The notes under the pieces were generated by a model. That model searched no databases and was not told the origin of the DNA. It was given only the letters and a program-made list of their open reading frames with translations. Source: Acidobacteriota bacterium (GTDB lineage Bacteria; Acidobacteriota; UBA890; WLXD01). Taken from it: a DNA stretch of 64,000 bases. Positions 9,537 to 18,463 of the stretch are shown here, piece after piece (the stretch's first letter is position 1; each line of letters opens with the position of its first letter). The stretch spans positions 1,536,001 to 1,600,000 of the forward strand of contig CAXWPH010000015.1 of the NCBI GenBank assembly GCA_963666055.2, read 5' to 3'. The translations under genes were made by a program, and so were the position numbers.

Positions 9537-10601
9537 ATGCGAAGCGCACTCGCCGGTGGTCTGCTGGGGCTCGGCGTTTTGACGTCGGTCGCAGCAGCGA
9601 TTGCCCAGCCGCAACACCAGGAGCCAAGACGACTGCAGCAGAGCGGGGCAGTTTTCGAAGTCGAGGCGAGGGCGGCGGGTGTGCCGATCGAGCTCGATGC
9701 CTATGCGGAGTATCGCCAGGGCGGCACCTTCATCATCGACGGTCAACGGGTGCGGGTCATTGCCGCCACAGTGATCGGCGGCGAAGTGCAAAACGCGAGC
9801 GAGATCGAGCTCGGCTTCGAGGCCAAGGTTTGGGGACGTCGGCTCGACACCGGGGTGATCGTCGCTGAGCGGATCGAGGCGAGGGGAAACGGCTCGCAGT
9901 TGCTCGAGACGCAGGTGCGATCGGCCGGTCACGAGCTCGAGCGAGAGTGGCTGCAGGCGGGCCGTATGTACGACGGCGAGCGCACCATCGGACAGATCGT
10001 TTCCTACGACGATCGTGTTCTTCGCGTGGAAAAGATCCTCGCCAAGCTCAAGCCCGCGTATCTGCTGCCCGGCGAGGTGCGCGTGCACGTGGTTGACACG
10101 AGACTGTGGAACGCGTCGGCGATGGCCAACGGATCGATCTGGATCTACACCGGGCTGATGGACGCCATCTCCGACGACGAGCTGGCGGTTATTGTCGGCC
10201 ACGAGCTGGCACACTACACCCACGAGCATTCACGGCGCAGTGCCAAGTCGGGAATGTGGAAGCAGGCTCTGGCCAACCTGGGTGCAGGCTTGCTGGGCGG
10301 CGCGCTCGCCGGCGGTGCGGGCTCGAATGTGGCCAACGTGGCGGCGCTGATCGGTACTCAGGCCTGGACCAACGGGTACAGTCGCGAGCTTGAGGATCAA
10401 GCCGACCGGGTCGGTTTGCGCTACGCGTACGAGGCCGGCTACGACGTCTATGCCGGGCCGATCCTCTGGGATCGCTTCCGCGAGCGCTTTGGCGAAGCCG
10501 ACCCCGTTACCAACTTCATCCTCGGCACGCACTCGCGACCCACCGATCGCATCCTCAATATTCAGCGTGAGCTACAGATCAACTACCGGGATGCGCGTTA
10601 G
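9537..10601 (+). CDS. Secreted M48-family metallopeptidase with N-terminal DUF5666-like domain
   Basis: NASAMANGSIWIYTGL, VGHELAH, YSRELEDQADRVGL, THSRP; signal peptide. Confidence 0.88.
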   Translation: MRSALAGGLLGLGVLTSVAAAIAQPQHQEPRRLQQSGAVFEVEARAAGVPIELDAYAEYRQGGTFIIDGQRVRVIAATVIGGEVQNASEIELGFEAKVWGRRLDTGVIVAERIEARGNGSQLLETQVRSAGHELEREWLQAGRMYDGERTIGQIVSYDDRVLRVEKILAKLKPAYLLPGEVRVHVVDTRLWNASAMANGSIWIYTGLMDAISDDELAVIVGHELAHYTHEHSRRSAKSGMWKQALANLGAGLLGGALAGGAGSNVANVAALIGTQAWTNGYSRELEDQADRVGLRYAYEAGYDVYAGPILWDRFRERFGEADPVTNFILGTHSRPTDRILNIQRELQINYRDAR

Positions 10602-10639
10602 CAGGCCGTGGTGGAAGTGTGGCGGTAGGAGCCAGCTAG
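10598..10639. repeat. 42-bp mini-derivative of the MITE between two convergent TAG stops
   Basis: TTAGCAGGCCGTGGTGGAAGTGTGGC...GCCAGCTAG. Confidence 0.75.
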
Positions 10640-11115
10640 CAGCGGCCTTGCCAGCGCTCGATCCAGACGTCGACCCGCTGGTTGCCGGAAAAGTCGTTAC
10701 CCTTCAGCGTCAAGATCGGCGGCCCGAGATTGTCGTAGATCATGTTGCCGACCAGGGTCACGTCGCGACCCCCGTCGAGCCAGATGCCGCCGTCCCACCA
10801 ATCGTCGGCGGATACGTCGAGAGCGTTGCCGTAGATCTTGTTGCGCTTGACCAAGACGTTGACCGAATCCTCCACGAGGAGACCACCGCCGTGGTTGTGG
10901 TGGGAGCGATTGTTGCGGATCACAGCGTTGCGCATGCGGTAGCCGTCGATGCCCGTACCGGCCATCGTTCCCGCATTGACGTCGTCGCCCTCAGTGGAAA
11001 CGTATAGCGAGTCGGTTTCGGGGGCGCTGGTTGCCGGCATGCTAGGTGCGGTGGTGAGCAGCGCGATCGCCGCCGCGACCAGGCTCCACGGCCGAGGCAA
11101 CCTACAGGGTGCCAC
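10636..11115 (-). pseudogene. Internally deleted parallel beta-helix repeat protein (could be a short intact CDS)
   Basis: Signal peptide and YVSTEGDDVNAGT motif joined directly to a few PbH1-like turns (IRNNRSHHN, RNKIYGN, GNMIYDN); only 159 aa. Confidence 0.55.
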
Positions 11116-12757
11116 GGCGCTCGTCGAGCGTGGGGCGCTCGTCGGCGTTCGCCAACTGCCAGCTGAGGCGGTGCACCAGGCGCACGATGCGCTCCATCTT
11201 GGGATAGTTGATTCGATCCGGCGTGTCCGTCTCGCGATGGTAGTCAGGATGCAAGCCGGTATGGAAGAACAGCGCCGGCACGTCGCGCTGTAGGAACGGC
11301 CACTGGTCGCTGCGACGCAGCAGGTTCGAGGGGTTGTTGTCGTAGGCGAGCTCGAGGTCCAGCCCGATGGGTGCGTTGGCCTCGACTACGCCGTTGCGCA
11401 GCGCGCTGCTGTACGTGTAGCCCATGATGTGAACGCTGTTGGCGTTCTCCTCGGCAGTCTGCGGCTCGAGCCCCCGGAATCGGCCGCCGCCATCGGCAGG
11501 CACCTCCTCGTTACGGCCGATCATGTCCATATTCAGGGCCGCGGCGGTGCGATCGAGCGGGAACAGCGGATTCTCGGTGTACGCCCAGGCACCCAAGAGC
11601 CCGACCTCTTCTGAGTTCCACGCCGCGAACAGCACCGACCTGCGGGGCCGTTGGCCGGCGGCGGCGGCGAGGGCGTAGGCCTCGGCGATCTCCAGCACCC
11701 CGACAGTTCCGGAGCCGTCGTCGTCGGCTCCGTTGAAAATGCGATCGCCTGCGGCGCCGTCGTGATCGTAGTGCGCGCAGACGATCACCAACTCGTCGGA
11801 AAGGTCCGGGTCGGACCCGCGCATCAGCCCCACGACATTGCGATCTGGCACCCGGCGCTGCTCGACCGAGATCGTCATGTTGATGCGCACGTCCGGTATG
11901 TCGATGGTGACGGCGCCCGCTCCCGACTCCGCCTTGCGTGACAGCTCCCCGAGGCTACTTCCACTGCTGGCGACCAGTCGCTCCGCCAGCGTTGCCGATA
12001 TTCGCGCTGCCGGGATGGTGACGCGGTCCGTCCAGCTGGCGAGCAAGTACCTGATCCGCGACGGCGTTACCCATTGCTGCTCGTGGGCGCGCTCCATGCT
12101 GGCGGCCGGCTCATGGTTGTGAACGTCGGTGACGAACAGGATTCCCACGGCGCCGCGCTCTTGCGCCGCGAGCGCCTTGCGCAGCTCGCGCGACACTTCG
12201 GATCGCACCAGGCCGTCGAACGGACTCTCGGCCGCGAGCTCGCCGGGCTCGTGATCGAACACGAGCACCACCTTGCCGGTGGCATCCGCCTCGGCATAGT
12301 CATCGTACTGGAGCGACTCGGAGGCGATGCCGAAGCTGGCGAGCAGCAGCTCGCCGCTGCCGGTGGCGCTGGCGCTGAAGTTCATGGGAGTGACATCAAC
12401 GCCCAGGCGCGCCGCCGCCGCACGCCCATCGATCGTGGTGCTGAGACGATTGGTGTCGCCCAGGCTGCTGGTAATGAGCTCGAACCGTTGGTAGTAGGAG
12501 CCATCGGTTGCCACGGGCTCGAGGCCCAAGCGCTGGAAGCGCGCTTCGATAAATTCCGCTGCCAGCGCGTTCTCCGGACTCTCGGGTCCACGGCCGCGCA
12601 TACTGTCCCCGGCGAGAAACTCGAGGTCGGCCTGCAGGTCCTCCTGGCGAATCGTGTCGTTGCCTGGGACCAACGACGCACTCGGACTGGGCGCGCAGGC
12701 GACCATCGAAATGGACACCAGAAACGCCGAGAGAGCGAGAGCAGTGTGTTCGGTCAC
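11102..12757 (-). CDS. M28-family peptidase, PA domain, lipoprotein
   Basis: CAHYDH, NGADDDGSG, SEEVGLLG, NMDMIGR, RSDQWPF, HPDYH. Confidence 0.92.
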   Translation of the reverse strand: MTEHTALALSAFLVSISMVACAPSPSASLVPGNDTIRQEDLQADLEFLAGDSMRGRGPESPENALAAEFIEARFQRLGLEPVATDGSYYQRFELITSSLGDTNRLSTTIDGRAAAARLGVDVTPMNFSASATGSGELLLASFGIASESLQYDDYAEADATGKVVLVFDHEPGELAAESPFDGLVRSEVSRELRKALAAQERGAVGILFVTDVHNHEPAASMERAHEQQWVTPSRIRYLLASWTDRVTIPAARISATLAERLVASSGSSLGELSRKAESGAGAVTIDIPDVRINMTISVEQRRVPDRNVVGLMRGSDPDLSDELVIVCAHYDHDGAAGDRIFNGADDDGSGTVGVLEIAEAYALAAAAGQRPRRSVLFAAWNSEEVGLLGAWAYTENPLFPLDRTAAALNMDMIGRNEEVPADGGGRFRGLEPQTAEENANSVHIMGYTYSSALRNGVVEANAPIGLDLELAYDNNPSNLLRRSDQWPFLQRDVPALFFHTGLHPDYHRETDTPDRINYPKMERIVRLVHRLSWQLANADERPTLDERRGTL

Positions 12758-12852
12758 GTTCGCCGTCCTCCGAGGGAAAGCTCTATTGCCTGGCGATGAT
12801 GCAGCGAAACGACTGGCGTTACCAGCGCACCGGGGATCAGGCGGTTCAGGCG

Positions 12853-14034
12853 TTAGCTGTAGCCGTGATATTTGCTTCGACGGGGTGCGTCGTCGGGCTC
12901 AGGCGGGCTCCAGCGCCCGGACTCGAAATCGAGCCAGCGCATCGATAGTGCCTCACCGTAGGCCGGGCCGAGCTCGTCCATGAGACCGCGCTCGCGTAGC
13001 TGCTCGACCAGAACTCGCGCGTAGGTGTTGCGTGCCACGGTGATCAGTGCTCCGAGCCCGTCATAGGCGGCCCGCAGGTTGTCGGCTGGAAAGCTCACCG
13101 TGTTGTCCGCGTAGTCGATGCCCGGGACACCCTCGAGGATCTCCAGACTAGCGGGAGGTACGGCCCGCAAGGTAGCGCGGATTGGCGTGCTGACGCGCAT
13201 CACGCCGGCGGCCGCGAGGTTCTCGACGGCGCGCTGAGCCGCAGCTGTCATCTCGGCATGGGCTTCCTCGACGGGGCTCAGCTGCACCGAGGAGGCGCTG
13301 GTGGCGGTCTTCACGATCACGAACTCGATCCACGGCATGGTCTGGAGATCCGCCGCCAGTCGGTCGTCGCCGGATCCGAAGATCACCGGCACGCCGAACC
13401 GACCCCACGACAGCGCCACCAGCTCGGTCTCGGTAATCGAGGCTCCGTTGAGGATGATGTCCATACCCAGCGTGAAGGTGTGTGAAGCGAAGCCACCACT
13501 GCCGGTCTTGGCGTGCATGCCGACGACCGCGACGGCGTCGTAGCCGGAGGTCTCCGGAACGTCGAAGTAGGTGTCGAACGGCGCCTCGCGCAGCACCTGC
13601 GAAGCGCGCGGATCGAGCAGGTCGGCGCGGATGTCGGGATCCGGGTTTCCGGAGCCGTGCCCATCAACAACGTGCACTTCGGTAGCTCCGCCGGCGAACA
13701 GACCGTCGATTACCGCGTTCACGTCGGCGGCCAGCATCTCCTGACCGCGCGGATACTGCGGATCGCCGAAGTCGAAGCTGTGCCAGTCGTCCTGGCCGGC
13801 CAGGCCTTCCATGTCGTGGAGGACCAGGATGCTGATGCCGTCCGAGGTGTCCACCGCGACGCTCTCGATCGTCCACGGCACCGCGTCCCCGGCGGACGAT
13901 ACGCTTGGCGTCGCCGTCTGCTCGTCGCTGGGAGCGCCAGCGCAGCCCACAACGGCCACCATCGTGGTGCAGACCAGCGCCGCTCGCACAACCGTGTGCC
14001 GATGAAGCCGGGCGACGCGATCGAGACTCGACAT
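12853..14034 (-). CDS. M55-family (DppA-like) D-aminopeptidase, putative lipoprotein
   Basis: DMEGLAG, VDGHGSG, VGMHAK, SHT, SGDD; start chosen at ATG 14034. Confidence 0.85.
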   Translation of the reverse strand: MSSLDRVARLHRHTVVRAALVCTTMVAVVGCAGAPSDEQTATPSVSSAGDAVPWTIESVAVDTSDGISILVLHDMEGLAGQDDWHSFDFGDPQYPRGQEMLAADVNAVIDGLFAGGATEVHVVDGHGSGNPDPDIRADLLDPRASQVLREAPFDTYFDVPETSGYDAVAVVGMHAKTGSGGFASHTFTLGMDIILNGASITETELVALSWGRFGVPVIFGSGDDRLAADLQTMPWIEFVIVKTATSASSVQLSPVEEAHAEMTAAAQRAVENLAAAGVMRVSTPIRATLRAVPPASLEILEGVPGIDYADNTVSFPADNLRAAYDGLGALITVARNTYARVLVEQLRERGLMDELGPAYGEALSMRWLDFESGRWSPPEPDDAPRRSKYHGYS

Positions 14035-14039
14035 CGCGG

Positions 14040-14429
14040 TTACTCCTTCGTGTGCGCCTCGAGCGACGCGCGGAAGCTCGTGCCCAACGTGCTCAGCCGC
14101 TCTTCGAGTCGCTGGGTGCAATCGCAGTTGCTGCATGCCCAAGGTTCGGTGCCGTTCTTGTCGCGGCACTGTTCGGGGTTGTGCGCGTCCTTGATCCGCT
14201 CGAGCTCGAAGTACTCTTCCCAGTACGGGATCTCCTCTTCGAGCGGCGTCGGGCAGTAGCAAACCTCTACCCAACACACGGTGCCGTCATGCAGCTGGCG
14301 AGCGTCGGCCATGTTGCGCAGATACTCGTCGCCGGCGACCGATCCTTGCCCGAGAGTGCGGCCGCCGATGGCGACGCGCAACGCTCGTGCGCGGCCTTCC
14401 TTCAGGCGGACTCGAACCAGGTATCGCAT
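14040..14429 (-). CDS. Small Cys-rich hypothetical protein
   Basis: 129 aa, protein-like composition; CYC and CSNCDC clusters; 5 bp from the M55 gene. Confidence 0.7.
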   Translation of the reverse strand: MRYLVRVRLKEGRARALRVAIGGRTLGQGSVAGDEYLRNMADARQLHDGTVCWVEVCYCPTPLEEEIPYWEEYFELERIKDAHNPEQCRDKNGTEPWACSNCDCTQRLEERLSTLGTSFRASLEAHTKE

Positions 14430-14535
14430 CGATCCGATTCTGGCACGCGCAGTTCGTCAGGCATACCGTGGAGCCACCTACACGGCGGCTCGAGCTGGTA
14501 TCGTCGTCGGGCCGATTTCGCCGCCATCCTACGGA

Positions 14536-14637
14536 CAGATGGGCAGTTGCGGGCGATCTCGGCGTTGCGCCTCGTCGACGATGCCCACTGCATCGCCTTC
14601 CTCGCCGCGCCTTGATCTCACCCGCAAGTCCTATCTG
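14536..14637 (+). repeat. Stand-alone copy of the GCGTTG...GCCTTG stem-loop module
   Basis: GCGTTGCGCCTCGTCGA-CGATGC-CCACT-GCATCG-CCTTCCTCGCCGCGCCTTG within outer stem TTGCGGG/CCCGCAA. Confidence 0.7.
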
Positions 14638-14657
14638 CGATATGCAACGATCATCTC

Positions 14658-16310
14658 TTACACAGGTCCGAGCAGCAGGAACGGTGTGACCTCCTTCTGG
14701 CGGCCCTTTACCAGCATCTTGGGTAGTGGCTCGCAGCGGAAGAGCTCCTTGACGCGCTTGTAGGTGCTTTCCCCGATAGCGATTTGCCCGGCGCTGGCGA
14801 CGGTGCTCTCGAGCCGGCTGGCGACATTGACCGTGTCGCCGACGACGGTGTAGTCGCGTCGCTTCTGGGAGCCGATGTCGCCGACGATTGCGGGTCCGGT
14901 GTTGACCCCGATGCGCATGCTGACGCGCCGGTCCTCCGGTAGCTCGGAGTTGATAGCGGCGAGAGCTTCGGACATTCCCCACGCCGCCGCCACAGCGCGC
15001 TCGGCGTGGTCGGGCTGGTCGAACGGCGCCCCGAAGAACGTCATCATGCCGTCGCCCATGAACTTGTCCAACGTGCCCTCGTGGGTGAACACGACTTGGG
15101 TGAGCTGTTCGAAGACGGAGTTCAGGAGCCGCGCGGTGTCGGCCGGCGCCATCGTTTCGGAGAGTGCCGTAAAGCCGCAGAGGTCGGTGAACAGAACGCT
15201 GATGTCGCGCTCCTCGGCCAACATCTCGCTGTACTCACCGATCGACTCCAGCCGCTCGATTACCGAGGGTGAGCTGTAGCGCTCCAGTCGGGAGCGAATC
15301 TGTAGCTGGTGGGCGAGCTCCTCGCGATAGCGCGTTTGCCGGATGCCGATGGCGCCCAGCATTCCAAGGACCGTTACCAGACGAAGGTCGCGCTCGCCGA
15401 AACGCGAAGCGTTGTCGCGGGTGTCTAAATAGATCAACCCCTGGACCTGGCCGTCATGCTCCATCGGTACGCACACGGCCGAGCGAATATCCATCTGCGC
15501 GATCGTGTCGCTGGCGGTAAAGCGATCGTCGGCCTCTACCTCGCGGATCAGGAAAGCCTTGTGCTCCTCCACCGCCCCGGTGGCGATCTTGCGGCTGATG
15601 CGTATCTCGTCGTCCCCCTCGACACCGCGCACGACGACAGGACGCAGCTCCCCGCCTTCCTCCTCGCATAGAGTGATGGCGCCGCGCTGGGCGGGTACGT
15701 TGTCGAACGCCAGTTGCATGATTTCTTCCAGAACTTTCTCGACGCTGACGACACCGAGCAGCGCCTCCGCGGCGCTGCTAAACAGCTCCAGCACCTGGTT
15801 GGCGCTCAGCGTTGATCTCGAGCTGACTTTGAGTCCTCCCGGCGAGGCCGGCGGCTCGGCGGTTGCCTTCTTCACATCGGCAACGTCGATTGCCTCCGTT
15901 GCGCCCATCTTGAGCAGCTGCAACACGTCGGCCGAGGCGATGAACGTGCCTACCGACTCGTCCGGATCGCGCTCGTCGAAGACGATTCCGCCGCCGCCGT
16001 CCTCTTCGATGCTGACGGTGAGCTCGTAGGTGTGAACGGTCACGACGTCTCCGTCGCACAGCACTGCCGGCTGGCGAAGTTCCTCGCCGTTCACGGCCGT
16101 GCCGTTGGTGCTACCCAGGTCGGTGATCGTCCACTTGCCACCGTTCTGCGAAAAGCGCGCATGATGGCGCGAAACCTCCGAGTCTTCGATCACGAGGCGA
16201 CACTCCGCCGCGCGTCCGATCTCGGCGCCGCTCGGCGGCGCCGTCACTTCGAAGGCGTCGCCATCGATCGCGTAACGGAGCGTCAGCTTGGTCTTGGCAT
16301 CCTCAGTCAC
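14658..16310 (-). CDS. FHA-GAF-class III adenylate cyclase
   Basis: FHA (IGR, VSRHH, DLGSTNGT); GAF; FTDLCGFT, DKFMGDG, DYTVVGDTVNVASRLES. Confidence 0.92.
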   Translation of the reverse strand: MTEDAKTKLTLRYAIDGDAFEVTAPPSGAEIGRAAECRLVIEDSEVSRHHARFSQNGGKWTITDLGSTNGTAVNGEELRQPAVLCDGDVVTVHTYELTVSIEEDGGGGIVFDERDPDESVGTFIASADVLQLLKMGATEAIDVADVKKATAEPPASPGGLKVSSRSTLSANQVLELFSSAAEALLGVVSVEKVLEEIMQLAFDNVPAQRGAITLCEEEGGELRPVVVRGVEGDDEIRISRKIATGAVEEHKAFLIREVEADDRFTASDTIAQMDIRSAVCVPMEHDGQVQGLIYLDTRDNASRFGERDLRLVTVLGMLGAIGIRQTRYREELAHQLQIRSRLERYSSPSVIERLESIGEYSEMLAEERDISVLFTDLCGFTALSETMAPADTARLLNSVFEQLTQVVFTHEGTLDKFMGDGMMTFFGAPFDQPDHAERAVAAAWGMSEALAAINSELPEDRRVSMRIGVNTGPAIVGDIGSQKRRDYTVVGDTVNVASRLESTVASAGQIAIGESTYKRVKELFRCEPLPKMLVKGRQKEVTPFLLLGPV

Positions 16311-17176
16311 TCACTACACTCCCCGAGAACGTACGTGTCACCCTCGCGCGCCATCGACGTGTTGGAAAGGCGCTGTCTTGCCTGGCCCTCGATCGCGGCG
16401 AGCTCGTCATCGTTGTGGGCCGGATCGTGGTGGAACAACAGCAGCCTTCCGACACCCGCGGCGCTCGCTATCTCAACGCCCGATTCCCATGTGCTATGAC
16501 CCCAACCGACCCTGGTGGTGTATTCCGCCGGCGTGTACTGGGCATCGTAGATCAGCAGATCGACCCCGGTCGCCGCATCGCGGATCGCATCGTCGACAAT
16601 GGTGTCGCCATGCTCGTGATCAGATACGTACAACATGGACCGGCTTCCATCGTCGATCCGGAAACCGCTCGCTCCCTGCGGGTGGGTCAGGGCCACCGGG
16701 GTTACGCGAGCGGCGCCGATCTCCATTCCTCCTGCCGGCAGGCTCACGAACCGTCGTTGCGCGGCCGTCTGGTCCAGGCCGATAGGGAAGAAGGGCGCCT
16801 GCATCTGGCTGTCCAGGGCGGCCTCGATACGGTCGCCGTTGACGTCGGCATAGAACACGATCTCGGTGCGCTCGTCGAACAGTGGTGCAAAATACGGAAT
16901 CCCCTGAAGGTGATCCCAGTGGAAGTGGGACAGCAGCACATGCACGGTTGCGCCGCCGCCGCCGAACTCGTCGTCGAGCGCGCCGCCAAGCAGGCGCATC
17001 CCGGTGCCGCCGTCGACCACCAGCACGTCGTTGCTCGAAGTGCGTAGCTCCAAACACGGCGTGTTGCCCCCATGAGCGAGGTGATCCGCCTGTGGCGTGG
17101 GCACAGAGCCGCGAACTCCCCAGAAGCGAATCCGTGGCAGAGCGCCTGTGGTCGTTTCTTCACGTGACGCGAGCAT
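16307..17176 (-). CDS. MBL-fold metallo-hydrolase (RNase Z / phosphodiesterase-like)
   Basis: FWGVRGS, GGNTPC, HFHWDH, DAQY, GWGHS, FHHDP; GTGA overlap with cyclase start; start codon uncertain. Confidence 0.88.
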   Translation of the reverse strand: MLASREETTTGALPRIRFWGVRGSVPTPQADHLAHGGNTPCLELRTSSNDVLVVDGGTGMRLLGGALDDEFGGGGATVHVLLSHFHWDHLQGIPYFAPLFDERTEIVFYADVNGDRIEAALDSQMQAPFFPIGLDQTAAQRRFVSLPAGGMEIGAARVTPVALTHPQGASGFRIDDGSRSMLYVSDHEHGDTIVDDAIRDAATGVDLLIYDAQYTPAEYTTRVGWGHSTWESGVEIASAAGVGRLLLFHHDPAHNDDELAAIEGQARQRLSNTSMAREGDTYVLGECSE

Positions 17177-17294
17177 GGCGCCCTCAGGGTTCATCGCCGG
17201 CACGCTAGTGCCGGGCTGTTGCTGCCTCGTTGACGACGCCATTCTACTTGTCGGGGCGCCTGTCGTCGGGGCTCGTCGATCAACAGCCGCCAGC

Positions 17295-18347
17295 TCAGCG
17301 CCGAAGCCCGAAGAACAGCTGGGTCTCGCAGGGCACCGGCAACGTCTCGAACCGTTCGAACCCGGCCTCGACAGCCAGCCCCTGTGCACCCTCCGTTCCG
17401 ATCAGCGTTCCCAGGCCGGGCCCGCCGGCTGCCAGCGATATGGTCAAGCAGTGGAATGGACTCAGGGCGGCGCGCATGCGGGACAGCGTGTCGCGATTCT
17501 CGAGCGGGTTCACGGACCCGGCGGGCTCCGACCACACCAGTAGTCCGTCGTCGCTGAGGTGCTCTCGGACCGTTCGCAGCGCCCCAACCGGGTCGGCCAT
17601 GTCGTGAATGCAGTCGATGGCGATCACCAGCTCGAAGCGCAGGTCGGGCTCGATACGCTGCAGCGGCAGGGCCACGAACTCGGCGTTGACGATTCCACCT
17701 TCGATAGCCAGGGCGCGGGCGAACTCGACGCTGGGCGGGTGGGGATCGACGCCGAGCACACTGGAGCTCGGATACGCGCGGGCTATGGCGATAGTGGAGC
17801 GCCCCAGCCCACACCCGACGTCGAGCACCCGGATGCCCTTTTCCAGGAGGGCGTCGACACCGGGAATCGCCGGCAGCCATTCGTCGGTGAGCAGGTGATC
17901 GAACCAGGTGCGGTGCATTCGATCGATGGCCGCTGGTACCTCCGGGTGCAGCGCGTCGTAGGCGATGCCGCCGCCGTTTCGAAAAACCTCCATCAGCTGC
18001 TCGGTGCGCGGCAGCGACGGCAGCGTGAAATGGAAGGTACCAGCGCCGAACACGGCAGAGCCTTCGTCCGCAAGTACGGCGCGTTGCTCCTCGGACATCG
18101 CGTACTTGTCGTCAGCGTCGTCGTATTCGATGTACCCGAACGCCGCCAATGCCTTGAGCCACTCACGCACGTAGCGCTCGTTCAGGTTGGTGGCTGCCGC
18201 CAGCGCGAAGCTGTCGACCGGGCCGTGTTGTGCAACGGCGGCGAACAGGCCGAGGCGGTCTCCGATGTAGGCGAGGCCGGTCACAAACGCACCGCCGGTG
18301 TCGCGCCGAATCTGTTCGAGAAGCTGCTGTACGGTTTCGTTGTTCAT
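17295..18347 (-). CDS. Class I SAM-dependent methyltransferase with N-terminal winged helix
   Basis: GDRLGLF, ERYVREWL, VLDVGCGLG, DCIHDMADP. Confidence 0.9.
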   Translation of the reverse strand: MNNETVQQLLEQIRRDTGGAFVTGLAYIGDRLGLFAAVAQHGPVDSFALAAATNLNERYVREWLKALAAFGYIEYDDADDKYAMSEEQRAVLADEGSAVFGAGTFHFTLPSLPRTEQLMEVFRNGGGIAYDALHPEVPAAIDRMHRTWFDHLLTDEWLPAIPGVDALLEKGIRVLDVGCGLGRSTIAIARAYPSSSVLGVDPHPPSVEFARALAIEGGIVNAEFVALPLQRIEPDLRFELVIAIDCIHDMADPVGALRTVREHLSDDGLLVWSEPAGSVNPLENRDTLSRMRAALSPFHCLTISLAAGGPGLGTLIGTEGAQGLAVEAGFERFETLPVPCETQLFFGLRR

Positions 18348-18463
18348 GCTCGTAGCCTCTCGATCCGCAGTGGCCGTCGAGGCCAGCGTCGCTTCCAGGG
18401 TGGCCTCCGCCTACCAGCCAGCGCGATCGCGTCGCAGGGTCTCACCCCGTAGGCTGACGGCGC

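Noticed and set aside
14441-14456. TGGCACG sigma54-like -24 box
   Set aside because: No GC at -12 and no plus-strand gene downstream.
14658-17176. Cyclase + MBL as a Pycsar/CBASS-like antiphage system
   Set aside because: The cyclase has FHA-GAF inputs and ATP-type specificity residues, and there is no cNMP-binding TIR/TM effector or defence-island context.
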